From Alphaproteobacteria bacterium (GTDB lineage Bacteria; Pseudomonadota; Alphaproteobacteria; UBA828), in NCBI GenBank assembly GCA_965220745.1, contig CBDCQT010000010.1, forward strand, positions 160,001 through 224,000: 64,000 nt of DNA, written 5' to 3'. Under the pieces are notes generated by a model. That model ran no database searches. It was not told the origin of the DNA and saw only the letters and a list, made by a program, of their open reading frames with translations. Below are positions 20,205 to 29,844 of this stretch, in pieces; within the stretch, counting starts at the first letter, position 1; every line of letters starts with the position of its first letter. The translations under genes and the position numbers were made by a program.

Positions 20205-20715
20205 TCAGACGCGGCTGACGGTGACGTCGAGCCACGGGCGTCGGCGGGGGGCGGAGGTCGCGGCCTTGCGGCGGATCAGCGGCTTCTTCCGTAGCCTGAT
20301 GCGAAGTGCGGGGCAGTTGAGCGCCGAGGATCGCTGGCGCCGGATCCTGGCGGAAGCGCTGAAGAAGTACCTGCGTGGCCGACAGCCCGGCCGACAGCCC
20401 TGGCTGCCGCCGCCTCGACCCGCGCTCGCGGGCTGAAATCGACCCCGAAAACCCGCCGCCCACAGCCGGCAACTGCCGGATTTAGGGTTATTCATCCGGG
20501 CGGCTACGGTGAGCGCGACAGGCCTGTGCAAGTTGCCCGCTCGCCCATGCCCCGCTAGACTCCGTCCTTGATGCACTTCGGGCCGGACCCGGCAAGGTCC
20601 GGCCCGAAGCTCCTACCACAAGGTTTCGAGGCCGATGGGTGGGGGAAGCGCGCTGGAACCAACCTAGATCGCGACCGTGCCAGCGTCAATCGGCCTCCGC
20701 CACAGGGAGGTCGCC

Positions 20716-21321
20716 ATGACCCACAAACTAGCCAGGACGATGATCGCAGCGCTCGCAGTGGGCGGGCTGGTTCTGATCGTGACGTTAGCGGCGGCGCAAG
20801 AGCGTCAGTTTCCCAAATTTCTAGAGGATGACTGCGTCCGAAACTCCGACCTTCTTGCAATACTAAAATCTGGGGGAGTAAACGCTTGGGGAGAGGTGGG
20901 GGGCTGGACACCGGACGAACTTGAAGAGCGGTATGAAGCAGCGGCCTGTGATTGCACCGATCTCCGCTCTTCAATCGCCTATATTGAAGACCATTATGAA
21001 CGTCGAGATTTTAGAGGTATAGACTTTGGTGATGTGGATGTTGACAAATACCATATTGAACTGATTGATCTGACCCGGCGCAAGTTCAATCAGCAATGTG
21101 ATGAATGGTTAGCGGCGCAGGCGTGCATCATTGCCGGGGAATACGGCGGGAAAACCATGGGTTTAGGAGCGAGACCGCTAGAGGGCGACGCGGACTCTCG
21201 CATATTTGCCTTCGTGGATGAGGCGGCCGTCAAGGCGGCACAGTCCTTCGTGAAGGAACTCAACAAGCTTGATCACGAGGGAGACCTGCCGTCCCAATGG
21301 GAACTGCGCTGCGAGCAATGA
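20716..21321 (+). CDS. Hypothetical secreted protein
   Basis: GGGAGG RBS; signal peptide ending AAA-Q; six Cys. Confidence 0.72.
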   Translation: MTHKLARTMIAALAVGGLVLIVTLAAAQERQFPKFLEDDCVRNSDLLAILKSGGVNAWGEVGGWTPDELEERYEAAACDCTDLRSSIAYIEDHYERRDFRGIDFGDVDVDKYHIELIDLTRRKFNQQCDEWLAAQACIIAGEYGGKTMGLGARPLEGDADSRIFAFVDEAAVKAAQSFVKELNKLDHEGDLPSQWELRCEQ

Positions 21322-21369
21322 GTGACGGCATCACCCCGATGTTTCTATTCAACCAAGGGAGAGGGAGAC

Positions 21370-21546
21370 ATGAAACTGGTCTTGGAACAGCCAATTCGGG
21401 ACGACGATTTAGACCGCATCAAGTCCGAGCTTCATGATGCGGCCAATGCAGTCAGCACTTCCAATCGAGTGAAGATTATAGAGATTGGTTCGTGCTGGAT
21501 TGGTCTCGAAGATGGGATGCTGAAAGCGACGTGCGAGTTCGACTGA
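21370..21546 (+). CDS. 58-aa hypothetical protein
   Basis: GAGGGAG RBS; followed by terminator. Confidence 0.55.
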   Translation: MKLVLEQPIRDDDLDRIKSELHDAANAVSTSNRVKIIEIGSCWIGLEDGMLKATCEFD

Positions 21547-21568
21547 CCCGCCCCGCGCTCATCAGGGA

Positions 21569-21600
21569 GGGGGCGGCGGGAACCGCCGCCCCCCTTTCTC
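21569..21600 (+). terminator. GC hairpin, probable intrinsic terminator
   Basis: GGGGGCGGCGG-GAA-CCGCCGCCCCC then CTTTCTC, between convergent ORFs. Confidence 0.6.
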
Positions 21601-21604
21601 GCTG

Positions 21605-21900
21605 TCAGTCATCGCCCAGGTTCATCTCGTACTGGTCGTTCAGGACGGGTAAGGCCCGCTTGAAACTGCGCTGGAACTGGTCCCAATTCGCGGCCGCGCG
21701 CACGAGCGCGACCACCGCCGCGAGGTGTTCCTTGAGCCTCGGGTGCCCTAGGTCCGGCTTGAACCACTGGTGATGCTTGTCCTTCCGGTTTCCCTTGGGC
21801 AAGGTCGGGTTCTTCTTCTGCAACTCCTCCAGCACCCCCGGCGCGATCCGCGCGTACACGATGTCATTGGTGTAGTGGCCGATGATCGAAGGGCGCTTCA
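21605..21900 (-). pseudogene. P63C-domain protein C-terminal fragment
   Basis: RPSIIGHYTNDIVYARIAPGVLEEL..KNP...KHHQW...GHPRLKEHL. Confidence 0.75.
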
Positions 21901-21954
21901 CGCGATCGACGCGACGTGGCTGTGATACCCGTGACCACGAAGCAACAAAACGGC

Positions 21955-22874
21955 TCCTCACAAATTGAAGCGAAAGCGAATGACGGCTTCAAAGATGCCC
22001 TGTCGGTCCTCGGCCAGTTCGAATTCGCTGGTGAGTGAAAAGTCGGCGAGCAGCAGGCGGGCACGAAAGCCGGTCTTGGCAAGTTTTTCGCCACCGGTCT
22101 CGCGGCGCGGAGACTGGCTGACGGGTTCGCGGCCAAGCTGGGAGCACAAGACCGCTCCGGGGTGTCGATTCTTCCTTCGAGCGTGATCGTGCCCGAGAAC
22201 GGGACCACGGCCTACGAAGTAAGGCTAGACTCCAAGCCGTCAGCAGCCGTTACGGTCAACGTGGTGCGTGCTATCGGTGGGAGCCACGATACGGATATTA
22301 CGGTGAGTTCGGGTTCCAGCTTAACGTTTACGGAATCGAACTGGAGGCAAGCTCAGAGCGTCACCATCTCAGCATCGGAGGATGACGATCGCGACGACGG
22401 TACCGCAACCATGCTGCACACTGCGAGTAGCTGGGACCCCGATTATGATGGGCTTGTTGCAGAGATTACGGTAACGGAGGCTGACAACGATTGATGATGT
22501 CAGCCCGTCCTGGGTAGCCGGCTCATGGGAGTACGAACATGAATGACGTTCTTCGCACTGTGGCTGCTCGTCACGGTCCCAAGCCGTTGGGCCAAGTTCA
22601 GATAGTGCCGGCCGAGCCGGACGGCTGGCCAGTACTGTCTTGGTCATCTACACGACAGACCCCATCTACACCTCCGACACCACCTAGTCCTAGCACACCA
22701 TCGACCCCCAGCACGCCATCCACGCCATCCACACCTACGACACCGCCCTCGCCACCGGAACGCCCCACACCAGATAGGTCCAGATCGCCCAAGACCGATC
22801 CTGATTCAGTTTCGACGACAGCTTCCGAACGCAGTGTCACACGCCAACGCTTCGGCGCGCCAAGTCCAAATTGA
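21955..22874 (+). pseudogene. Degraded surface protein: Calx-beta-like module plus Pro/Ser/Thr linker
   Basis: YEVRLDSKPSAAVTV...LTFTESNWRQAQSVTISASEDDD; in-frame stop upstream; PST repeats at ~22660-22760. Confidence 0.6.
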
Positions 22875-22930
22875 CCGGTGCGTGGGCCGATGTCAGTATC
22901 CGACATGATCGGACATGGCGAGATTGCACG

Positions 22931-23173
22931 ATGCCGAACGTTCACTTGACCGACCAGATGCATCGCTACGCCCAAGGGCAGGTCGATGCTGGCGCCTACG
23001 CCAACCTGAGCGAGGTCGTGCGCGCCGGTCTGCGGCTGCTTATGGAGCGCGACGGCGCGCGGCAATTCTACGCGCTGAAGGGAGAGTTGGAGGCGGCCGT
23101 ACGGGAAGCGGAAGCCGGCGGGTTCGAGGAGTTCGACCCCGTGGCCTACGAACCAGGCGTGGAATCGAGATAG
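22931..23173 (+). CDS. parD: ParD-family antitoxin
   Basis: QVDAGAYANLSEVVRAGLRLL. Confidence 0.88.
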   Translation: MPNVHLTDQMHRYAQGQVDAGAYANLSEVVRAGLRLLMERDGARQFYALKGELEAAVREAEAGGFEEFDPVAYEPGVESR

Positions 23174-23183
23174 CCGCCGCGCC

Positions 23184-23501
23184 ATGTCGATCCGGCTGTC
23201 GCGTCGGGCACGTCGCGATCTGGACGAGATTCGGCGCTATACGGTCGAGACTTGGGGCCGTGAACAGTGGCTCACCTACTACGAAGGGCTGGTGCGGACG
23301 TTCGAACGGATCGCGGCCAACCCTGATGGCGGTCGCGATCGGAGTCTGTTCGCGCCCGGACTGCGCTCCCTGACCTATCGGCGGCACGAGGTATTCTTCG
23401 CCCGGATTGCCGCCGCGGACGATGCGCCGGTGGTTCTTCGCATTGTCCATCAGCGCCGTAACCTTCCCGCGCTTGTCTATTTCGAGGATATCGGCGGCTG
23501 A
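23184..23501 (+). CDS. parE: ParE/RelE-family toxin
   Basis: LSRRARRDLDEIRRYTVETWG, VLRIVHQRRNL. Confidence 0.88.
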   Translation: MSIRLSRRARRDLDEIRRYTVETWGREQWLTYYEGLVRTFERIAANPDGGRDRSLFAPGLRSLTYRRHEVFFARIAAADDAPVVLRIVHQRRNLPALVYFEDIGG

Positions 23502-23679
23502 GTTCGTCTCTGTCTCGTCACTCCGGCCCTTCGTCCATCGTCTCGCGCATCGTGCTGCGGGCGCCCTCGACGATCTCGTCGAGTTCCTTCCCGCGCTCGG
23601 CGTCGAGCATTTCCTCCCGGTTGATCGTCGCCAGCACGTAGACGGCGCGGTAGGTCGCCTCGATCAGCGCGAGGTGGCC

Positions 23680-24106
23680 GCGACGGCTGGCCCGTCGCCA
23701 TGCTCGGCTTCTCCACCGCCGCCTGGAAGCTCGCTCCGCGCGACACCTTCATCGGATGGACGCCGGAGATGCGCGAGAAGAATCTCCCCCTGGTGGTCGA
23801 CAACCCGCGCTTCCTCATCCTGCCCTGGGTCGAGATCCCGAACCTGGGTTCCCACATCCTCGCCATCGTGCGTCGCCGCCTGCCCGAGGACTGGACCGAG
23901 CGCTACAAGACCACGCCCGTGCTGATCGAGACCTTCGTCGAGACCCCGCGTTACACTGGCGCCGTCTGCAAGGCCCCGGATGGACCCGTGTCGGAACCAC
24001 TCAAGGCCGCGGGCGCTATGACACGCATATGAAGCGGGACAAGCCCAGGAAGGACATCTGGCTGCGGCCGCTCAGGCGAGACTGGAAGCGAACGCTCAAT
24101 CGATGA
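23680..24106 (+). pseudogene. DUF4338-family protein C-terminal fragment, frameshifted
   Basis: AAWKLAPRDTFIGW, NPRFLILPWV, PVLIETFVE, then GWTRVGTTQGRGR in another frame. Confidence 0.8.
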
Positions 24107-24362
24107 AATCTCCAACCCTGCAAAATCTGGCCGCATTTGACCGCAGTTCTGAATTTATCTGACCGCGATTCTGATTTTATTTGACCGCCGTTCTGGCGAC
24201 ATCTGACCGCGATTCCGGCGGGACTTGACCGTCGGAGGCCGGGTCCGAGGCCCGGTCCGATCGCCCTGCGGGCGCCACCGACATCCATGTTTCCGGACGC
24301 GCCGATCCTCTCCCGGCTCAGCCTCATCGATCCACCGATCGACTCGAGGAGGCGGGCCCCCA

Positions 24363-25961
24363 ATGAAGAGGATCGACACCATGAGCATCAGGGACATCCT
24401 TCGGCACCATCACGACCTGGGCTTGCCCCGGGCGGAGATCGCTGTGGCCGTGAGCGTGAGTGCGGGCACGGTATCGAACGTTCTGGAGCGCGCGCAGGCG
24501 GCGGGTCTGTCGTGGCCGTTGCCGTCCGATCTCGACGATGACGGGCTGCGCGCGCGCCTGTATCCGCCGGCGCCGCGCGAGAGCGGATATGCGCAGCCGG
24601 ACTGGGATGATGTGCTCCGTGAGCTTCGAGCCAAGCGCAAGCGGCGCCGGGTGCGCGCGACACGGCGCACGCTCTGGGAGGAGTACCGCGACGAGGCCCA
24701 GGCCCAGGGCGGGAAGGCGTACAGCTACAGCCAGTTCTGCGCGCGCCTGAAGGCGCACCAGGGCAGCTGCGGCGGCTCGGCGCAGATGCACTTCGACTAC
24801 GAGCCCGGGCTGTACGGGATGGCGGACTTCTCCGGCAAGACGCTGGCCCTTCGCACCGGACGCGGCGAGACCGACGTTGAGATCTTCGTCGCGGTCCTGG
24901 CGCATTCCAACCTGATCTACGCCGAGGCGGTCCCCGACCAGACGGTGCGCCACTGGACGATGGCCCACCGGCGCGCGCTCGAGTACTTCGGCGGCAGCCC
25001 CCGCCGGTGGATCATCGACAACCTCAAATCAGGCGTGGACGATCCCGACCGCGACGATATCCGGCTCAACCCCTCCTACCGGGAGTTCGCGCGCCACTAC
25101 GAGATCGCGGTGCTGCCAGCGCGCAAGTACCGGGCCACCGACAAGGGGCTGGTCGAGAGCTGCGTCAAGGCCGTCCAGACGCGCATCCTGCTGACGCTGC
25201 GCCACCAGACCTTCTTCTCCCTCGACACCATGAACGCGGCTATCCGCCGCGAGCTCGACCGCCTCAACGATGCCCCCATGGCCAAGTACGGCGAGAGCCG
25301 CCGCGCGCTCTTCGAGGCGAGCGAGCGGGCGGCCCTGACCGCGCTGCCGGCTCGCCCCTGGGAGTGGGGAGATTGGATCGAGCGCAAGGTCGGACAGAAC
25401 TGTCACATCCGCTTCGAGAAGAATCACTACTCCGCTCCGGAGCGCTACATCGGCCGCCAGGTCGACGTCCGCGTCAGCGAACGCATGGTCGAGGTGTTCC
25501 TCGAGCGCGAGGGCGAGCGCATCGCCGTCCACCGCCGCAAGAGCGGGCGCAACCAGTACGCCACCACCCCCGAGCACATGCCCGAGCACCACCGGGCGGT
25601 CTGCGATATCCGCCGCCCCGACTACGGCGACATCCTGCTCGGCCAGGCGCGTCGCATCGGAGCCAATGCCCTGGCCTGGGCCGAGCGGTGCTACGCCTCG
25701 CGCGACTTCCCGGAACAGGCCTTCGCCACCGTAAAGGGCATGATCCGCCTCGCCGACGATCACGGTGCCGAGCGCCTCGACGCAGTCTGTGCCGAGGCCC
25801 TCGACCTCAACCGCCTCGCCTCGGGCTTCCTCAGGGAGCGTCTCAAGAACGGCGACGGCGAGCCCGGTCCGCCGCGCCCCGAGCACGACGAGACCATCCC
25901 CAGCCACGGCAACATCCGCGGTGGCGAGTACTACGGAAACAACGGAGGAGCGACACCATGA
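24363..25961 (+). CDS. istA: IS21 transposase IstA
   Basis: YSYSQFC, ADFSGK, IIDNLKSGV, DKGLVE, NHYSAP, HGNIRGGEYY. Confidence 0.93.
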   Translation: MKRIDTMSIRDILRHHHDLGLPRAEIAVAVSVSAGTVSNVLERAQAAGLSWPLPSDLDDDGLRARLYPPAPRESGYAQPDWDDVLRELRAKRKRRRVRATRRTLWEEYRDEAQAQGGKAYSYSQFCARLKAHQGSCGGSAQMHFDYEPGLYGMADFSGKTLALRTGRGETDVEIFVAVLAHSNLIYAEAVPDQTVRHWTMAHRRALEYFGGSPRRWIIDNLKSGVDDPDRDDIRLNPSYREFARHYEIAVLPARKYRATDKGLVESCVKAVQTRILLTLRHQTFFSLDTMNAAIRRELDRLNDAPMAKYGESRRALFEASERAALTALPARPWEWGDWIERKVGQNCHIRFEKNHYSAPERYIGRQVDVRVSERMVEVFLEREGERIAVHRRKSGRNQYATTPEHMPEHHRAVCDIRRPDYGDILLGQARRIGANALAWAERCYASRDFPEQAFATVKGMIRLADDHGAERLDAVCAEALDLNRLASGFLRERLKNGDGEPGPPRPEHDETIPSHGNIRGGEYYGNNGGATP

Positions 25962-26728
25962 CCCTGCGACAACCCAACATCGACCGCCTGCTGCAGCTCG
26001 GTCTCAGCGGCATGGCCGAGGCCCTGGAGGAACAGCGCGACATCGCCGACGTCGACCAGCTCGGCTTCGACGACCGCCTCGCCCTGATGATCGAGCGCGA
26101 GGCCGAGCACCGCGATCACAAGAGCTATCTCGGCCATCTGCGCCAGGCCCAACTGCGCATCCGCGCCGACGTCCAGGACGTCGACTGCCGCGCAGGGCGT
26201 GGCATCGCCCGGACCACGCTCACCCAGCTCGCCGCCGGCGACTGGATCCGCCAGGGCCACAATCTGATCCTGGGTGGGCCAACGGGATCGGGAAAGACGT
26301 TTGTCGCTTGCGCGCTCGCCCACCAGGCCTGCCGCCAGCACCAGTCCGTCCTCTATCGCCGCGTGCCCGAGCTGGTCGCTGCCCTCATCCGCGCCCGCGA
26401 CAAAGGCACGCTCGAGCGCTTGATGGGCCGCCTGGGCAGGGTCTCGCTGCTGGTCCTCGATGACTGGGGGCTGCAGGGCTTCTCGGCCGAGGGCCGGCGC
26501 GACCTGCTCGAGATCGTCGAGGCGCGCCACGGACGCAAGTCCATCCTCATCGCCAGCCAGATCCCCGTGGACGGCTGGCCGAAGGTGATCGGAGAGCCAA
26601 CCATCGCGGACGCGGTCCTCGACCGCATCGTTCACAACGCCTATCGCATCGAGCTCAAGGGAGAGTCCCAGCGCAAGCGCAACAAGCCCCCGCCACTCGA
26701 CGGCGGCGGCAACAGAGCCCCGGCCTGA
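25958..26728 (+). CDS. istB: IS21 helper ATPase IstB
   Basis: GPTGSGKT, LLVLDDWG, ADAVLDRIVHNA..IELKGESQR. Confidence 0.95.
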   Translation: MTLRQPNIDRLLQLGLSGMAEALEEQRDIADVDQLGFDDRLALMIEREAEHRDHKSYLGHLRQAQLRIRADVQDVDCRAGRGIARTTLTQLAAGDWIRQGHNLILGGPTGSGKTFVACALAHQACRQHQSVLYRRVPELVAALIRARDKGTLERLMGRLGRVSLLVLDDWGLQGFSAEGRRDLLEIVEARHGRKSILIASQIPVDGWPKVIGEPTIADAVLDRIVHNAYRIELKGESQRKRNKPPPLDGGGNRAPA

Positions 26729-27078
26729 AGGCCGGGGTCCATGGGCGCCTGCGGCGCCTTCCGGGTTGCAAGGGTGGAGGTGCGCGGCGGCATGCTGTGT
26801 GTGAGAGCTTGCCGCCGCGCCCCGCAGGCCGTTTGCATGCCAAAGAGGCCTCGCATACGCTCGGCTCGGGCTGGCCAAAGGCCAGCCCCCAACATCACCA
26901 AGGGGAGGGGCACACCGCCAAATCCGGGAGAGACAGCGCGCTGGCGCGCGCCCGCAGCACGGTCAAGTGTTGCCAGAACCCCGGTCAAATAAAATCAGAA
27001 CCCCGGTCAGATAGAATCAGAACCGGCGGTCAAATGAACCGGAATCCGCACAACCCATCCCCCGACAACGAAGGCTTA

Positions 27079-27683
27079 TTGCGCCAGGCTAAGCTCTGGA
27101 GAGGAGGATGCCATGAACTGAAACCTCTCGTCGCGGTCCAGCGGGTTCGACTCCCGCCCGGCAAAGGCGCAGCCCGCCAGCCGGAAGCGAGTCTTGCATG
27201 GCGTGCGGCAACGCCCGTCGTGAAGCGTAGACAGCAGGTGACGAAGCGGCGTGCAGCCTCGAAATCGGTCAAGCGATGACGCCTTCATTGTTAATCGTTG
27301 TGGGGGCAGTACCGGAAGCGCCGCTATAGGCGAGGCGCAACGGGTCGTCCGGGGTCGTGGATCGGCGCAGAGTCATGGGATGGATCGCCAGGGAACCTGG
27401 GAGATCCTGCTCTTGCCCGTGGGCAAGGACGCTGGAATGGGGACGGCCAGCGTAACCAATATAGACCCCGGCCCGCTGCCGGGCCTGCACGGCGGCGGGA
27501 GCGCCCGAGGCGGACACGAACTCGGCAGGCACCCGCGGAGCCGGCTGTCGAAACCAATAAGCCGAAGGCCATGTGGGGGCAGGAAGTCGTAGCGTCCTGA
27601 TAGTACTGAGGAACCGAGTGCGTCAGTCGCGCACGCTCGGCTTTGTGGGGGGAGGGGCTCGGCAACGACCCCTCCTACCCGGC
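27079..27683 (+). ncRNA. ORF-less group II intron (most of DIII and all of DIV missing)
   Basis: TTGCG 5' end; GTGAAGCG, AGCCTCGAAA, GGAACCTGGGAGATCC, GGAAGTCG..ATAGTAC; DV stem CCGAGTGCG/CGCACGCTCGG; DVI ending CCTACCCGGC; EBS2/IBS2 complementarity. Confidence 0.85.
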
Positions 27684-27716
27684 CATTGAAAGTTTGCCGG
27701 AACGCTTACCACCGTC

Positions 27717-27850
27717 GTAAACGTTCCGAGAGGCCGTGGAGCCGAGCGGCCCGCCGCTGCGCTTGGCGTCTGAATTGACGGATCTCTGCGCCGCTCGGCC
27801 GTCCGCCACCTCTGGTTGTCCGGATCGGCACGGCCTCTCAGAACGTTTAC
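27717..27850. mobile_element. 134-bp IS66-type MITE
   Basis: 22-bp TIR GTAAACGTTC(C/T)GAGAGGCCGTG with one mismatch; CCACCGTC duplication 27709-27716 and 27851-27858. Confidence 0.85.
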
Positions 27851-28038
27851 CCACCGTCGACATTCAAGCCGGCCGCCGCCATTCGATTCGCAATGAGGGA
27901 AAAAACGTGGGATGCAAACTGCCAGAAATGTGAAAAGCTGTGTTAAGTCAGCGTCCTAACGAGTATTCTTCGCGGAGCGAGCGCCCGGCGCCTGAGGGAA
28001 ATGAATAAGTTGGGAGGTGGGAGCGAATCTTTTCGCCC

Positions 28039-28524
28039 CTAGTCTTCGGCCTTGTTGTAGTCCCAGGTGAGCCAGTCCTGCGGCGTGATGGTGACGATGG
28101 TGCGGCCCTCGGCCATTACCGGGTCCGCGTACTTCTCGGCATCCTCCGGGCCCAGCGCCTTCTTGAGGACCGCGACGGTCACTTCGCGGATCAGCGCGTC
28201 GTCCTGGGAGAGCGTGGCGTTGCCCCGGCACATGATCGCCCAGGCGCCGGCCGCGAGGCCCTGAGCGCCCTCGTCCACGCGGGGGTCGCGGTCGATCAGG
28301 ATCGAGACGCGCGGGTCTTTCGCGAGGTTCTTGAGGTGGATGCGGCCCGCGCCGAGGGTGAGCCGGAAGACCTCGCCGGTCCAGTCGAACCAGATCGGCG
28401 TCAGATGAATCATCCCGTCCTCGCGATAGGTCGCGAGACGCGCCAGCGTGCCTGCCGCCAATCGCTCGTCGATCTCCTGCTTGGAAAGCGCATTCTCAGG
28501 GGTTGCCGTGGTCTTCGAGCTCAT
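28039..28524 (-). CDS. Pyridoxamine 5'-phosphate oxidase-like (PPOX) flavin-binding protein
   Basis: ARLATYREDGMIHLTPIWF, KNLAKDPRVSILID, WLTWDY. Confidence 0.85.
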   Translation of the reverse strand: MSSKTTATPENALSKQEIDERLAAGTLARLATYREDGMIHLTPIWFDWTGEVFRLTLGAGRIHLKNLAKDPRVSILIDRDPRVDEGAQGLAAGAWAIMCRGNATLSQDDALIREVTVAVLKKALGPEDAEKYADPVMAEGRTIVTITPQDWLTWDYNKAED

Positions 28525-28692
28525 GGTTTCTCCCGCTGTCGCATGTTGCCGGCGGGCGGACGCCCGGCCGATGATGGGCGGCGATGATAACGGCCGGTCC
28601 GGGCGATCGGAAGGCGCCGCGATCCTTGCCGGCCGCCGGCCGATAGGCGAGGCTCGCGCCGGCCTCTGAAGGGATGGAGGAGAGACACGGGC

Positions 28693-29814
28693 ATGGCATC
28701 GCCGCCGGACCGTCCGCGCGCTGACTACGGCAGCGCAGGCGTCGATACCGATGCCGTCGAGGCCGGGCTCGCAGGGCTGGTGCGGCACGTGCGCGGCACC
28801 CTGCCCACAAATGCCGAAGGCCTCGGCGCCATCAAGAGCATAATGGGCCATTTCGCGAGCGTGATCGATTTCGGCGGCGTGGGCGTCGCGGTCTGCACCG
28901 ACGGGATCGGCACCAAGGCGCTGATCGCGCAGATGACCGGGCGCTACGACACGGTCGGCATCGACTGCGTGGCGATGAACGTCAACGACCTCGTCTGCGT
29001 CGGCGCGCAGCCGGTCACGCTGGTGGACTACATTGCCGTCGAGCGAGCGGAGCCCGCGATGCTCGAAGCCCTGGGCGCGGGCCTCGCCGAAGGCGCGCGG
29101 CGGGCCGGCGTCTCCATCGCGGGCGGAGAGATCGCCGCGATGCGCGACGTGATCAAGGGCGCGGTGCCGGGGGCCGGCTTCGATCTGGCGGCGACGGCCG
29201 TGGGCCGGGTCGCGCTCGACGCGGTCAACACAGGCGCCGCAGTGCAGCCGGGGGACAGCATCGTCGGCATCGCCAGCAGCGGCATCCACAGCAACGGACT
29301 GACGCTCGCCCGGCGGGTCTTTTTCGAGAGCGCAGGCCTCACCGTGGAAGACCGCGCCGAGGGCCTTGGCGAGACCGTGGGCGAGGCGCTGCTCCGCCCC
29401 ACCCACATCTATGTCCGCGAGGCGCTGGACCTGCTGGCTAGCGAGGTGCCGGTGCACGCGCTGGCGCACATCACGGGCGACGGCTTCCTCAACCTGACCC
29501 GCATCGAGGCGAAGGTCGGCATGCGGCTCGATGCGCTGCCCATGCCGCCGCCGGTCTTCGCCGTGCTGCAGCGTCTGGGCGGGATCGAGGACGCGGAAAT
29601 GTACCGGGTCTTTAACATGGGCATCGGCTTCTGCGCCATCGTGCCGCCCGCGCACGAGGCCCGTGCCATCGAGATCCTCTGCGGAGACGGCAAGGCGTGC
29701 CGGCGGATCGGGACGGTGGTGGAGGACGCGCAGGAGCGCGTCTGGATTAAGCAGGCTAGGCTGGTCGGCCGCGCCGGCGAAGGCTTCGTCAGAGAAGACG
29801 CCGCGCCGGCCTAA
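28693..29814 (+). CDS. purM: AIR synthetase PurM
   Basis: YGSAGVD, TDGIGTK, GIDCVAMNVND, SSGIHSNG, AHITGDG, FNMGIG. Confidence 0.92.
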   Translation: MASPPDRPRADYGSAGVDTDAVEAGLAGLVRHVRGTLPTNAEGLGAIKSIMGHFASVIDFGGVGVAVCTDGIGTKALIAQMTGRYDTVGIDCVAMNVNDLVCVGAQPVTLVDYIAVERAEPAMLEALGAGLAEGARRAGVSIAGGEIAAMRDVIKGAVPGAGFDLAATAVGRVALDAVNTGAAVQPGDSIVGIASSGIHSNGLTLARRVFFESAGLTVEDRAEGLGETVGEALLRPTHIYVREALDLLASEVPVHALAHITGDGFLNLTRIEAKVGMRLDALPMPPPVFAVLQRLGGIEDAEMYRVFNMGIGFCAIVPPAHEARAIEILCGDGKACRRIGTVVEDAQERVWIKQARLVGRAGEGFVREDAAPA

Positions 29815-29844
29815 TCCGCATTTCTTGGCGCGGTCGCCGCCTGC

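Larger units (their letters stand above)
16970..20436 (+). pseudogene. IS1380-family transposase (frameshift near 17940; split at 18300/20205)
   Basis: LDCDTT, YGHQEGA..YNPKKPGRPS, LVRGD, YRDRADAENAFDELK; continues QTRLTVTSSH after the IS1634. Confidence 0.85.
16912..20486 (+). mobile_element. IS1380-family element disrupted by IS1634
   Basis: TIRs CCCAAATCCGGCA / TGCCGGATTTAGG; GTTAT duplication at 16907-16911 and 20487-20491. Confidence 0.85.
24119..27050 (+). mobile_element. IS21-family element, complete
   Basis: TG...CA ends; repeated TGACCG/CGGTCA subterminal motifs; CAACCC duplication 24113-24118 and 27051-27056. Confidence 0.92.

Noticed and set aside
23517-23665. Minus-strand fragment LIEATYRAVYVLAT... 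as a mobilisation gene
   Set aside because: Looks coding but is too short and truncated to assign.
23680-24106. Druantia defence system
   Set aside because: Only a truncated, frameshifted DUF4338 fragment; no partner helicase genes.
24130-24235. ~21-nt periodic TGACCG repeats, mirrored at 26960-27035, as CRISPR or iterons
   Set aside because: No unique spacers; they are IS21 subterminal repeats at both ends of the element.
27135-27165. tRNA (GGGTTCGACTCCC T-arm-like)
   Set aside because: No cloverleaf; it lies in domain I of the group II intron.
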